From: Blastocystis sp. Blastoise
Taxonomy: Eukaryota; Protista; Bigyra: Opalinata
Length of the DNA stretch: 64,000 nt
Assembly (NCBI GenBank): GCA_039096225.1
Contig: JBBPEB010000013.1
Span: forward strand, 806,001 to 870,000
Direction: 5' to 3'
Positions 28,055 through 57,853 of the stretch are shown here, in pieces; position 1 is the stretch's first letter, and each line of letters starts with the position of its first letter. Under the pieces are notes generated by a model, which was not told where the DNA came from, did not search any database, and saw only the letters and a program-made list of their open reading frames with translations. The translations under genes were made by a program, and so were the position numbers.

Positions 28055-31000
28055 ATGCCATCTGATCTTGGACATGAAGAAGATAATTATGGTTTCATTC
28101 TTCCATTCTCGTCTTCAATGAGTACTAAAAGTACTTCAACAAAAACTATAAAACGAATTGAAATGATATCGATTCTTGTTTTGTGGGAAATGTTTGTTTT
28201 TTCTATTTGTAAATTATTTCTTAATAAATATTTAAATTATATTGATTTCACTGTTCTTTCTATTGAGTGGTCTATCAATATCATGGCGTCCTCACTCGTT
28301 TTAAATAATACATATTTATCTACTGAAATCAAGATGATTATCTCTAGTACTCTTATGATATCCATAAGTTTTGCTGTAAATATATATTTATTCTAATTCT
28401 GCTTATAGTGTTTAGATTCTGTCCTTTCTCGTTACATCAACGTTCATTGCTTCTATTCGAGTTTCTTCTATTTCTGCCATTTTATTTCTTATTCTTATTG
28501 TATTATTATATATAATGCTCTCTCCATCTGTTCAAAAATATATTAATATTGTATATAGTATTCATAGTACATGAATATACTGTTAATAATATTCTTAATG
28601 ATGATTCTTTATAACAATCATCATCTTTATAATTAAAATATACTTTATTAATTATATATATAGAGTGTATCTATATTATTTATTATTTTGGTATTCATAT
28701 TTTCAAATACAATTAATAAATATAATAATGTATATATATATATGTAACTAGTTTAAATTAATTATTGTTAGTATTTATGTCCTGATTCTATTTTATCACA
28801 AAATATTCAAGATTATTCTGAAGAAATCCAGTCACTTGATACTCATTCTCACGGGGAATGTATTCCTACATGTCATAAAATGTTACTTAATGAATATATT
28901 GACTTATTCTCACCTCTTTTTATACAAAAATATGTTCTTCAGAAATGGACATGTAACCGTGGTTATTCAGAGATTCTCACATTATATGATGGACATATCC
29001 TAAAATCAAAGTGTATATATATATATATGATGAATATATTTATTATTTTTTAATATTACTTTTTCTTTTATCTTGATATATATATATATATATAGGTTCT
29101 AACCTTCTTTCTATATCTCCCTATATGGCTAATAATACAGAACTCTATGATAGATATATTGAACATAATAAACTCTATACAAAGAATATATTGGTATATT
29201 CATTAGGATATATATATGCTTTTTTACACTATATTTATAATTCATTTAATATATATGTAATTTATATATATATAATAATTCATTTAATATATAAATAATT
29301 CTTTTAATATATATAATTATTCATTTAACATATTATAATTCATTTAATATATATAGAATTCATTTAACATATTATAATTCATTTAATATAAATATAATTC
29401 TTTTAATATAAATCTATATATATTAGTCAGCTGATAATAATACTATTCGTTATGCATGGTTTACTGTCACGTGCTCATCGAAACAATATCTTCAGTACAA
29501 TCCTGCAATTATTGACTCCTCGTTATCCCCCTTTCAACAGCTTTCAACATCATCACAACTTCTACCTTCTGCACGTGCAAGTGGAAAACATGCTTCTCTA
29601 TTGTCTCATCAATATCACATTCAATTATTATTCCTACCTTATATAACAAGACACCAATTTATGTATATATTATATATTGTAATATAGTATTATTGAATTG
29701 ATATTGCTTTATAAGAAATAATCACATAACTATTCTTTTTATATTATTATCTTAATATATATATATTTAATATACTTCATTTGTTATTATAGAATTGATT
29801 TTCCAAAGACATTTCAATATTTACAGAATAATATTGCTTTACATCCACATATATATTCAAAGAATAATGGGAAAAAACAAGAAAATAATCAATTGAATCA
29901 AAATAGTAAATCACAATATACAACATTTAATTTTAAAAAGTATTCATAGATTATATATATATATATACTTATTGGACTATATCTAATAGTATACATTAAT
30001 TAACATTTATGCCATTCTTTATTCCTTTATTCCTCATATACCTATATATTTAGTTTTCATCCAGTTTCAGCATATTATATATCGAACTTATTGGCGATGA
30101 TGACAGGACATATAGTTCCGAACGATATATCCCTCTATTATATATTCATTTATTATCCTATCTTTAATCAAATAATAATATACTTCTTTATTTTTATATA
30201 CTAATATATATATTTTATGTTCATAAATACTCGCTTTATTATATATATTCTGTTATAATAAATTGAGTATTTATGATCTTATCCTAATTGATTTCTTAAT
30301 ATATCTACATTTCATCGACGGACTCTCTATGGTTTACTGCTTCTAAATATAATTACACTACTATTAATATATATGATCATTGTGAAGATATATTTATGAA
30401 ATATTTTGGAATCGGTACAAAAATGGGATTTCCCACGGTTTATGATGGTACTATTGCACATTGTTTTTCGCAATCACCGTATATATATATATATATATAT
30501 ATCATTATTATTATTTCATAACGATTCATAATGAATATACTATTATATATATATAATGTATACTAATTATTTCTATAGATGTATTAATTCTATATATCCC
30601 TTTTCATATACTTTACAGTATTTGAAGACAGTTACAGATCCTCTCTATAAACATAATAAGGATATTGATATATCTCTGTCAGAGGATGACGCAGAGGATG
30701 ACATACCAAAAGATACCACATTACGTCATAGACAAACGATGAGAATGAATAAAATGCATAATAAAAACAAACAAAAGAACTATTATTTCTCCACAGCTTT
30801 TCTTTCTACAGTATTATTATATTCTTGATATATTCATTATTATATATATTTATCTTGTCTCAACTTGAATTATTACTTATATTCATTATCTATACTTAAA
30901 ATATATCCAAGTTTATAAAAATATATCCATAAATCTAATTATATCTGAATATTATTATTTCTTATAGGAGAAGAATTTGGTTACTTCTTTAGATGATGCC

Positions 31001-31480
31001 TTATATCGTTATATCTTAAATATTACACAATGTATATATAATATTATATATTCAATTTATAAATTTACTATTTGATTTATTTATAGCTCCTGATACTATT
31101 CTTTTCTTAACTGGAATCTATGGACAAGAACATGTATATATATTTTCTTTAATCTAGTTAGAATTTTATAATGATATTCATTTATATATATATATATATA
31201 GATAACAACATCAGATCGTCTCACTCCTCTTTATGTTGTATATAATATTCTTTAACAATTATATATATATATAGTATTCTGTCTATCTTCTATTTATAAC
31301 AATATTCTTTAACTATTTTATATGTAATATATATATATATATGATTCTCTATATATATATATATATATAGATTACACCTCCATCATTACCTCTTTATTTA
31401 TATACTAATCTATATAATAATCAAAATAGAATAGTCACTTATTTAGACTTTTATACATCACTACATCATGTTACTCATAT

Positions 31481-31518
<38 letters not shown>

Positions 31519-31757
31519 TTATTTAGTTCTTTATCTCATTTATATATATTCTCATATATATATTCTCATTTATATATGTTCTCATTTATATATGTTCTCA
31601 TTTATAAATATATTTTCCATAGTCTCCAGTAACTCTATCAGAAAAGAAGCATAATCAATGGACAAATAGTATATTTGAGCCAATGAAATTAAAAAGATGT
31701 TGTCAAGATATCAAACAATATATAAATGTAAAATGCGATTGTCAAATTATTAATTAA
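28055..31757 (+). CDS. Multi-pass membrane protein with C-terminal DUF229-like (alkaline phosphatase superfamily) domain, many exons
   Basis: N-terminal hydrophobic helices; later exons FPKTFQYL, SLDDALYRYI, PDTILFL, NLYNNQNRIVTYLDFYTSLHH, SIFEP...RCCQDI...CDC match the DUF229 pattern as I recall it. The expected SDHG appears degenerate (TGIYG). Confidence 0.55.
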
Positions 31758-32251
31758 CAATTTTATTATTATTTAAGAAAACCTTTAGTTGTTTATTTTT
31801 ATTATTTCCATCGTTTATTAATTTATGTAGACGTATATATTACATATATTCGACAATATAAAAACAAAAGAATAGTAAAAAATTAAAAAAAATAATTTAT
31901 CTGAAAAAAAATATTATTTTCCAAAATAAAAAATAAATAGTTATTTTCAAAAATTATTTTGACTATATTGAATTATACAATTCATTCTCGATTGCATAAA
32001 AAGTGATGTTGATAAAAATGGATAAAAGAAACAAGAAGACATAGAATAGATTTATTTATTGAAAATAAGTATATGTTGGATAAAGCCAACAAAAAACACA
32101 AAAAGAAAACTATGTACAACAATAGAATGATAATAGAAGAACTTTTATGACAAGAAATATAAAAAGAAAAAACTCAAAATGATAGGATACATACAAAAGT
32201 AATTATATACATATATATTCACTAATATTAATAAAACAAAAAAAAATGATA

Positions 32252-32654
32252 TTAATTTAAGAATTTTTCAGCAGCTGAATATAAACTATCGACGTCATGT
32301 TGTTTTGTAGATAATAAAGCTAATAATTGACTTCTAGTTTCTAAAAGAACTTCTTTAAAGTTTAATAAATTGAAATTAGCTTTTGAATGAGAGAAAACAT
32401 TATAATTATGATCCATTAATAACACACCAATAGAATATAATTGATAGAAAGCGATTTGATCATAATCTTTATTGAGTAAGCTTGCTAAATTAGCCATTTC
32501 TTTAATAGGAATTGATTTTCGATGCATAATTTCTGTTCCACAACAAGGACATAATTTAACAGAAGTTATAATATTAAAATGATATAATATTATAGAACAT
32601 ATATTTGTACTAGAAGCAAGGAAAGGATAATCAAGATTATTTGTAATAATTTTC

Positions 32655-32748
<94 letters not shown>

Positions 32749-33332
32749 TTAAAAAAATATATATAATATATACTTTGAATTCTAAAGGATAATTCTTACA
32801 AAAATAATGAATACATTTTAATGATAAATAGCCATGACCTCTGAAATCTGTACAAGGGTTTTCACTCTATTATATAGAATCATATATATATATAACTATA
32901 TAAATTACTTGAAAACCTAATTTTGTCCATTCAGATGAAGGTATAACAGGTACTTCATCTTTAGGGAAAACAACTTTCCAAATATCTTTTAACATATTAA
33001 TATGTTCTGTATTATCACTCTTGAAAGGAAGTTCAGACATCTCTCTTATTTCTTCAATAGGAATCATCTATTTAGAAAAACAATATATATATATATATAT
33101 AAAAGAACAGAAACATATCTATAAATCTTTAATATTACATAATCTATACCTCATCTTGTGTAAGAAAGTCTTCGTACTTCTTACAACAAAAAGTACAACC
33201 ACACATAAAAAGTTTTCCAAAATTGAAAGCACTTCTTTTCATCAAAAGGCCAGTTGTCTCTTGAACTCGAATTCCCTTTGAATCAGATATGTCATCATCA
33301 GGATATATCACTCTACCTTTACGACTATTCAT
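32252..33332 (-). CDS. ELMO/CED-12 domain protein (ELMOD-like)
   Basis: PFKSDNTEHINMLKDIW...SSEWTKLGFQ|SENPCTDFRGHGYLSL...DYPFLASSTN. Confidence 0.85.
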
Positions 33333-34214
33333 AGTTTTATTAATTCTCTAAACTTATTCAAAATGAATTATTTATAAATGATTTAAATGATTCATTCGAA
33401 ATGCCATGATTTCCGAATATTCGTGGAAATCTGCTTAGATTGCCTCACGAAAACAGTATCACGTTGACCTAAGTCAGGTTTTAAGTATAACTGTATACAT
33501 GTGTTTTGAGTTTGTATTTTATAATCGTATGTCATTATATTCACTTATATAAACAAAAAAGTGAAATAAAACAAGTGTATCAAGTTTTTGAAACACATGA
33601 TGAAAAATTTATCAGTGTTATTTATTGTTTTGAAAAGTTATTTCATATTTATTTACTGCTTTTAGAACTTCTGAGGATGCTAGCAAACATTATTTACATT
33701 TCAAAAGGACATGATGTGTTTTTATAGAATAGTAATCGTTCTTAAGGTTTTTATTTTATTCAGAACTTCGTTATATAATATGAAAAACTGGTCAAGTATG
33801 ATTTCAACATATGATAATGACTATTCTTACGAATAAATTGAAATTAAGTTATAGTTCGTTGTGTTCAATTACTTATTCAAAAATCTTATTTTATATATGT
33901 ATATATATTTAATTATTATTAACTTAAATGTTGAAATACAGTATCAACATATTTCTTGATCACGAAGATTTCTTCACATCTCTATCACTGCTTTAAAAAA
34001 TGAAACAAAAAAGGAAGAGGAAATTCTGTGATATTATTTACGTTTTTTTTAAATGATCACTGAACTCTATTTTTTTCAAAAACGAAAATGTTCTTTCTTC
34101 TTTTTTAGGATATGGATTTTTTTGTGAATCACATGTATTTATTAATTCATAGATCTGTTAACTTTTCTATATATATTATAATTAGAATTAGAGTTCTTTC
34201 TATAATAATAAACG

Positions 34215-34864
34215 ATGTCAACATATAAAAAAACTCATTCTCTAGGTATATAATAAAAAAACTAGATATTTATCATTATTATATAATACTGTCATAATAT
34301 AGAAGAAAGAAAAGAAGAATCTGAATTAATTCGTAAGCGATGGCCAAAAAGAACACCTGTAGCTCACTTTCCTTTATTATTGAATATCACATATAATAAA
34401 TATATATATGTATAGGTTATTTGTGAAAAAGATGGAAAAAGTAGTGTACCTACAATAGAAAAACAAAAGTATGTATATTAATTAAGAATTCTTGTGATAT
34501 GTTGATTGTTTTCTTTATTTTTCATTCTTTTTAATATTCAAAATAGGTTTTTGGTTCCTGCTGAGATGACAGTTGCAGAATTCATTTTTACCATTAGAAA
34601 AAGAATATCACTTACACCAAACACTGCTTTGTTTATTTTTATTAACAATAAAGTACCTTCATCTGGTATGAATATTCTTCTTTTATCCAATATAATTCTT
34701 ATATAATTCAATATATATATAACTTATCTTTTTAAGAATAAACTATATATATTCTATTGTTTATTAAATTAGGAGCTACTATTGCATCTTTATATGAGAA
34801 AAACAAAGATCAAGATGGTTTCTTATATATAACATATAGTGGTGAAAACACCTTTGGGATTTAA
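34215..34864 (+). CDS. ATG8: Autophagy protein ATG8 (5 exons)
   Basis: [77 protein letters not shown]-stop. Confidence 0.95.
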
Positions 34865-35465
34865 GGAATGAACTCATCTGCCATTGAATAATATCGTAAT
34901 ACTTATATATGTATCCAATATAGTATCATTATGTTTTATCATTTATATTTAGAATAATTCATTGTTATTTATTTTAAAACTGAACTAGTTTTGTTTGCAT
35001 TATTATTCCGACAGAATGTACACCTTGACACAACCATTATTTTCAGGAGAGATAACCTATTCATGAAAACATTTAAATAGCCTTTATAAATATGGAATCA
35101 TTTTGAAACAATATTATCAATACATGTATATTAGCATATCTAACAACTAGGATAAGCTAAAACATCGTTTTTAAAACATAAATGAAAAGAATTACAAATT
35201 AATAGCTTTTTCTGTAGAAATTTCATTAGTTACCTTTCTTAATTTGTATTTTATATGCATCTAAAAAAGAATACATAACAAAATTCATGAAGAACATCCA
35301 GTATCTTTTATTCAAAAGTAAATTTTGATTATTTGAAAAAGAGTTGATTCTCCAGTGATATTTCAAAATATTTGTGGGGATACAAAAAAGTTTTAAAAAA
35401 GAAAAGTTTCGGTCTCTTCTTCATTTATCAAGAAGGTTTGGTTATTATACATACCAACAAAATAG

Positions 35466-39394
<3,929 letters not shown>

Positions 39395-40748
39395 GTATAC
39401 TAATAATGATTATAATATTCACTTTATAATATTTGATATATATATATGTATATATATATTTGTCACTTCTATTATGCTTACTCTTATTACCAGTATCAAT
39501 TCATTATCATAACATACTATATAATATTATCTATATATATGTATTCTTATTCCTATTTTGATTTAATATTATGATCCTACATAATAGATATCATTATATA
39601 TATCATATATATATCATATTATATCTTCATTACTTTCGTAAATGCATTCAATATGCAAATAACTCATTTATATTTTATGTTATATTTATCGTATATTTTA
39701 GAATTATATAAATCTCTTTAATTCTTCTTTTTCTTGTTTCATTTTTTCTCTATACTCTCTCTATTTATATTTGTATATATGTTGACTATTTATAAATTTT
39801 TTTTTTGCTTAACAGAATTTACTGTATATATTGAATTTAAAAAAATAAAAATCATCTTTCTAAATTAGTTTTGCTCATTAAATCCATTAGAATATTATTC
39901 ATTCCTTAAAAATAATAATTTAAACAAGTATTTCTTGATGTTTTTACAAATATTTATTCTAATCTAAAAAATGACCTATACATTTGAATGAACCAGCTCT
40001 ATTTTATATATATACACAAGATATGTGTTTAAAAACAATTATATAAATACTAGAAGAAAGATTAATAATGAAAAATATTTTTATATAAATGCAAACAATA
40101 GCAAAAAAGACTTTTTTTCATAGAAACATATATATTCCTGTTTCTATTATCACTTCTAATACTATTAAATCGAAGACAATCCCTATTTCTTTGAAAAAGA
40201 ATAAAGATATTATTTATATTCATCTAAATATATAAATAAACGCAAAGATCATTACAATTAACTAAATAAAGCACAAAAATAAAAATCATTACGAATGTAC
40301 ATTAATACATAAGTTTAACTAGGATCCATTAAAATTTAAGTTTACTTCCTGCTTCAAATAATGTATAATAAACTAATAAATACATACAAAAAAGAATTAG
40401 TGAAACACATTTGTTGCGAAAAAGGAATACAATGCAAGTATATAATGTACTACATGCCTGTTTTACTTACTATTCTGTAACACATAGAACTGTTGTTTAT
40501 AAAGCAAATAAACTCTAAATAATAACAACTTACTATAATTTTTATAAAACTTAGCTAAGCATTCCAGTCAAAATAAAAGATATAGGGGAAACAACAGTAA
40601 GTTTTTCAATAAAATGACATCAGATCTTGAGAATAATTTAATTTATACATAATTCTTGGAGATATAAACTCAAAATGATTAGCTCAGGAAAAAATATTAT
40701 ATAATTACTTCATCCTTTTGATTTTAGAAATAATTTTGTTTGTGAAAG

Positions 40749-42656
40749 ATGGTTTCATTTCTGAATATTATAAAAAATGTATATATTTTATATTGTTGCT
40801 TGATGATAATGTTAATTATAGATTGCAATCGTGTGTATTATTCTAGTATCCTGTTGGTTTATGAATAACCCAGAGACTGTCTTATTATACACTTATGGTC
40901 CACCTCGTTCAATATATGATGACAACATGAGTCTCAATTTCTCTTTAACTTTGAATCAAAAAGGCGTACATTTATTATATACAACATGTTGATATTATTG
41001 AATAAATCTATTTGACTTTTATTTATAGATTAAAAGAATGGATGCTCAACCATTATTGAGTACTGAGAAGAATTCGATAGTTTCTGGAAATCTACAAAAT
41101 GTAGATACTAAGCAAAATAATGAAAATAAGGAATCAGATATTAATGTATGTTTTTCTTCTTTTAATCATTTTGTTGTTGTTGTTGCTGTTATTGCTATTG
41201 TTATAATTCTTTAAGTTATTAAAAAGAGTTATAATAAGAATCATATCTATAGTCTAAGAGTATTCCTAAGGAATTTATTGACGTTAATTCATCATATGCT
41301 ACTGTATGGAGTTCATTATTAAATCATTCAAAGAATGAATTGGTAAGACAAATTGATTTATTATTCCCATATCAGACAAAAGAAATATCAAAGAAGTCAT
41401 TAACTACAAGAGACATTCGTTTCCATTTTACTTTGAATAATGCTATGATTGAAACATTGAATACATATACTTCTTTTCCATCGGATACATATAATTGGCC
41501 TTTTCTGAATAATCATCCTTCTGATACAAGCTCAGTTATGTTAGGAACATATTATGTTCAAAATATGATATGGAAATCTCAGAATCCTGAGAAATGTGAT
41601 AAGAAATATGTTTTAGTTCCAATTTATCCAGCTACATTTGAAGCCAATATTCATATATTAACTTCTTTATTATCATTAGCAATTGATGAAGATCGTGTTT
41701 TAGTATTTATGCCTATTCCTAAAGAATCTACAGATAATATTAAATTATGTTCATTAAATAGTTTAGAATGTTTTCTTGAACCTTTATCTCACTGTTCTGT
41801 TGATTCTACAATTATTAATCAATATTATAAAGATCCAGAATCTGTTAAACAACAAGTATTTGATATTTATTCATTAGCAGATACTCAAGTTAATAATGTA
41901 AGAAATTATCCTTATTGGATTATACATATAAATACTCCTTTTGTTGAGAATCTAAAGAGTATGGTACCTGTCTTTATTACCAATTTATTGGCAGATCAAA
42001 ATTTCTCAGAAAATGAACTTGCAGATTATTGGAGAACTCAAGCTGTAGCATTTATTACTCGTTTTAAGAAGAGTTATGTTGAAAAAATGAATGTGTTTAA
42101 AGAGAGTCATTGTAAGTCTTGTCAACCTCAATATGATGTTAGTTTAATCTTAGATATTCCTGAAACAATTGAAGAATCATCCAGTATATATATTGAACAA
42201 AATGGACAATTAAAGCCTTCTGATTATATACCCTCTTTTGATATTCTTCGTAATTATTATGAACATAATTCTATTCATGTATATGTTCAAGCAAGATCTC
42301 ATTGTTATCTTCCTCAATTCATTGATATGTCTATATATAATTTATGTATACCTGATGAACTTGAAAATAAATTTACAGCTTCTTATAAGGAACAATATAA
42401 TCTATTAACTCAAGAAGAAGAATTATTATATCATTATCAATTCTCTTATTCTATTCATCATCTCTTTGGATTACGTGAATCTTTATTAGCTAAAGATATT
42501 ATTGGATCTTATTCTAATGAATATGCACGTTTAGTTCATCAACTTAAACAAGTTGTAGGATATGGTGCAAATGATTTATTTATAGAAATTGGACAAGTTG
42601 GTTGTGTGTCTTATTCTCAATGTTCACTTTCCAAACGAACCTTTGAACTTCTTTAA
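40749..42656 (+). CDS. Type II membrane alpha-1,6-fucosyltransferase-like (GT23/FUT8-like) protein, catalytically degenerate
   Basis: N-terminal TM exon; YVQNMIWKSQNPEKC, LSLAIDEDRVLV, LECFLEPLSHC, YWRTQAVAFITR, IIGSYSNEYARLVHQL. The expected VHxRxxD donor-binding motif reads SLILDIP. Confidence 0.65.
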
Positions 42657-43167
42657 TCATATTTATTATATTTCTACATTTTATGTACTTATTATTATTT
42701 TATATATATTTAAATATATTTTATTATTGATATTCATCAATTTCTTTTCCATAATTATTTGTATTATATTGATATCATTATAATCAAATTTTTTATCATT
42801 ATAAGTTACAATAGATATAAACCATTATTTATTTTTTTTTTAATAAATTCTGTATTTGTATCTGATATTCATATATATAATATAGATATATATATTGTTT
42901 TATTCTATATATTATATAAACATGTGTATAATCATTTTGTTGTTTTTTGTCATCACATCATGTGTATGAATCCTATTTTATAAATATAAATAACAAAAAA
43001 AGGTATTAATCCTAATTATTCAAAAATAAATGTAATAAATCATATAAAGAAACAATAAAAAAACAACATAGACACAAGAAATGATTGTATATGACATAAC
43101 AACTATATTATAAAATAGAAAGAAAGAAAATGAAATAATTTTTGAATACATATTTTTAAACAATAAA

Positions 43168-45604
43168 TTAATCGAGCTCAGGATCCTATAAAAATATTCA
43201 TTATAGACTAAGATGAACTTATATATATATATATACATAGACATCAGATTTTGTGCAGCAACTAAAACATCCTATAATAATAAGTTTAGTAATATATAAT
43301 TAATAAAAGAATAATATATAATAATAATAGTTATATGCATCATAAATTATAAAATGATTTCTACCTTTTTGTTTATGATTACGTTTTGTTTCAACTTCAA
43401 ACGACTGAATATTAGAGACTTCTGACTCTTGTTGTTTTTCTTCTTCTTCTTTTCTTAATCGTTCTTCTTCAGCTAATCTAGCTTCTTCTGCAGCTTTTTC
43501 AGAAACTATTCTCTCTTCTTCATCTTTCTTTCTTCTTTCTTCTTCAGCTAATCGTTTTTCTTCTGCTATTCTAGTTTCTTCTTCTTTTCTCAATCTTTCT
43601 TCTTCAGCTAATCTAGCTTTTTCAGCTAATCTAGCTTTTTCAGCTAATCTAGCTTCTTTAGCTAATCTAGCTTCTTCAGCTAATCTAGCTTCTTCTGCAG
43701 CTATTCTCTCTTCTTCTTCTTTTCTTAATCGTTTTTCTTCAGCTATTCTAGCTTCTTCTGCAGCTTTTTCAGCAGCCATTTTTTCTTCTTCTTCTTTCCT
43801 TAATCGTTCTTCTTCTGCTATTCTAGCTTCTTCTGCTATTCTCGCTTCTTCTTCTTTCCTTAATCGTTCTTCTTCAGCAAGGCGAGCTTCTTCTTCTTTT
43901 CTTAATCTTTCTTCTTCAGCTATTCTCGCTTCTTCAGCTAATCTTTCTTCTTCAGCTAATCTAGCTTCTTCAGCTAATCTAGCTTCTTCTGCAGCTTTCT
44001 CGGCGGCTATTCTCTCTTCTTCTTCTTTCCTTAATCGTTCTTCTTCTTCTTTCCTTATTCTTTCTTCTTCTTCTTTTCTTATTCTTTCTTCTTCTTCTTT
44101 CCTTAATCGTTCTTCTTCTTCTAGTCTCTTTCTAGTTTCTATTTCTTGTTGAATACGTTCTTCAAGTTCTTGCTTTCTTATTTGTTCTTCTAACTCTTTC
44201 TTCATACGTTCTTCTTCTTCTTTCTTTTGTTTCGCTTCTTCTAAGATAGATTGTCGTAATGCTTCTGCTTTATCAGCTATTTCTTTTCGAATCTTTTCTT
44301 CCATTTGTTTTCGAATACGTTCTTCTTCTTCCCTCTTTATACGCTCTTCCTCTTCATGTATTCTCCTATCTTCAGCTTCACGCATTTCTTTATATATTCT
44401 CTCATGTTCTTCTTTAAATAATCTCTCTTCTTCCTGTTGCATCTTTTCTTCTTGTTCTTTTCGTTTTCTTTCAAGTTCTTTTCGAAGTTCTATCTCTTGC
44501 TCCTCAGCTCTCTTCTTTTCTTCATCAATAGCTTTATTTGCTTCTAATCGATCATTTTCTTCTTTTTCTTTCTTTCTTCTCTCTATTTCAGACTCAATCT
44601 CTAATCGTTTGTCTTCAGCTTCTTTCTCTTGTTGATCAAATTCTGAATCTTCAATTGGAGCAGAAGTCTTATTCATAGCTTCTTTATTAATATATATTTG
44701 TAATGTATCACTAACAGGTAACAAACCTTTCGATAAACCAAGACGAGCAAATGAACAGAGGCAAGATACAATAGGCTTTAACTAGATATTGAATTATAAT
44801 ATAATATATAAATAATAATAAATATATACAAATAATAATAATAATATATAAATAATAATAAATATATATAAATAATAATAATAATAATATATAAATAATA
44901 ATAAATATATAAATAATAATAAATATAAATAACAATAAAAATAATAATAATAATAAATAAATAATAATAAATATAAATAACAATAAAAATAATAACAATA
45001 AATATATAAATAATAATAAATATAAATAACAATAAAAATAATATCGAATTACTTCATGTTTTTGGAAATATGTATAATTAATAATATCATTTCGATTCAT
45101 TCCTAATTTTATACAAGAATTTCCAAATAAACGAATATTCTCCTTTGCTTTGAAACTTTGAGATTCTAAAGAGAAATAAATATGTATAAAATAATCATAT
45201 AAAATATTTCTTGTTACAAACACAAAAGAAAATACATGTATATATCAAAAATATACCTGCCGCTTTGTGAAAATATCCTATTTTTAATTCTGGTAGATAT
45301 TTTTGAACAACTTCACATAAAACCTATAAAAAAAAGGAATTTCAATATAATTTTCTTTAATCATTATATAGAAGATTCTTAAAGAAAAACTATATACAAC
45401 TCCAGTTTCTAATGACTCAAAAACATCCATATCCAAATCACGAGAGACCATACCAGAAAGCCACTTCACAATCTCTTGTGATATTTCAAGTAGTTCCGCT
45501 TGATTAAACTCTTTTCTTACTAATGATAAGTGTATTTTATCTTGAGATGCAATTTGTAATCTTCTAGGTTGAAGAAATGTTGGATTCGTTTGGGTATCAC
45601 TCAT
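43168..45604 (-). CDS. Calponin-homology domain protein with long E/R/K/A-rich helical repeat and C-terminal Cys cluster
   Basis: EIVKWLS...VFESLETGV|VLCEVV...FKAKENIRLFGNSCIKLG (CH domain); repeats RKEEEERL/AEEARL; spliced end GCFSCCTKSDVY|DPELD-stop. Confidence 0.8.
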
Positions 45605-46093
45605 TTTATAATGAAAAATATTATTATCTGATTATTTAAATATTTAAGAACGAAAATATTTGTTCTGTTAAGATTTCCATGGATTTCGAAGAATATGCCA
45701 GTGTTCCTTGTAAAAAAATCGAAATTGTGTTTTTGAAATGAATTCATTCGTTTTACTAACGTAATTTCTGTATTTTCTTGTAATTTTATTATTATATTCA
45801 GCTATTCAGAATATCCTGATCATAATTTAATTCAATGTACTTCAAAATAATATGTACAAGCGTTTCACGGCCTGCATACGCAGGCCTACGCTTGAGTTTT
45901 ATTTTAAAATATTTAGTTTTAGTTTTTGGTTTTAAGTTTAACAAAACAACAAAATATTATATATTTAACTTTTAAGAACAGCAAATAAAAATTGAAAAGA
46001 GAAAAATAATAAATAAAAGCAAATATATTAACAAAGAATAACGAATATAAAAGAAATCAAAGAATAAAACAAATAAAACAAATAAAACGATAA

Positions 46094-56417
<10,324 letters not shown>

Positions 56418-57853
56418 GATAGATTATTAATATATATGTTTTTCTTTGACAGAAGATATTATTTATAAGATAATAGTTCTTATATTCTTGTTAATAATAA
56501 ATAATAGAGTGAAAAAATCTTTTTCCCCATGTTTTTGTTTTAGTAGATGACCTTCAAAAAACAAACTTTCAGCTGGAAGATCAATTTTTAAAATGTCTTT
56601 TCTTAAATAATTATTTAAAAAGAATATATCTATCTTATAAATCTAACACTGGTTTGATTCATGAAGTCAACAGAAGCAAATATAAAGGCATAGTAGTAGA
56701 AATTATGAACAAAATCCGCCAATTTGTTTGTATCATATCAAATAACTTTATAGCTTCAAATGGAAGCATGTAGTGTGTGTAAATCATGATTGTGATGAAG
56801 TCTAAATTTAGTTATAATTACTAAAACCGTATTTAGTCAGATTTTGAAAAGTATTGCTTTTTTAAAGTATACATATTTAGAATAGCATTATATTTACTCT
56901 TATTTTCTATTTGAATCGCTTTATCTATAGTAGATAAATAAAAACACGTAAATGAGTAAAGAATTGTCAGTATCATAAAATAAAAAGGACTTCCTACGTC
57001 ATAGTAATCGTTTACAGCCATTGTAGTTTACTAAACTGAACAAACATGATGTTGACACATGTTATAGAATGCATTCTTATTTTTAAGACTGACTCAAACA
57101 TGGTCATTGATATTAAATATGCTATAAAGTACTGCTGGTAATAGTTTGTTATTCACTTATGATTCCCATATATGGAATCACTTTTAATAAATAATAAATT
57201 GTAAAAATATATATATATTTGGGGTATCTATAATATTAGATAAGCAAAACAATTTATGTAATAAACGCTATAACTACAGCCTAGTAGTTTTAATCTTTAT
57301 TAATCAAAAGTATACACATTTTGACACATTGGTAAAAATACAACCACGTTTATTTCCAATAATATTTTGACTAATAACAGTATTAAACACTCTAATAATT
57401 AATTTTACAAACAGTGAATTGAATCTCTTGTTTTAAGGCACGTAAACACACAATTCAAAACTGTTTTAACCTTAAAATTTGATATTTAGACGTAATATTT
57501 ACACATTAGACTATATGTATCCGTCAAGACATATTTGACTACTTTTTAACAACTTTAGAGTCAACATGTCCAGTTTGTCATTCACTCCTCAACTCCACTT
57601 TTGACTATTTTTTTAAGAAATGCAATACATATAAGGTCTATTTTTCAAAAATGTAAAAATTAATTGTCAAATATGAATTTGATTTGTCAACTTTCGGAAA
57701 ATTTTTAGAAAAATGATTTTTCAATTTTCAGTTTTTTAACATGTTATACTATTGACTCTATTGAACTCATTTTTTTATTAATTTCAAATATTAAAAATAA
57801 TATAATTAATATATTTTATTCTCTATATATATTTGCTAAAATTATATTAAATA

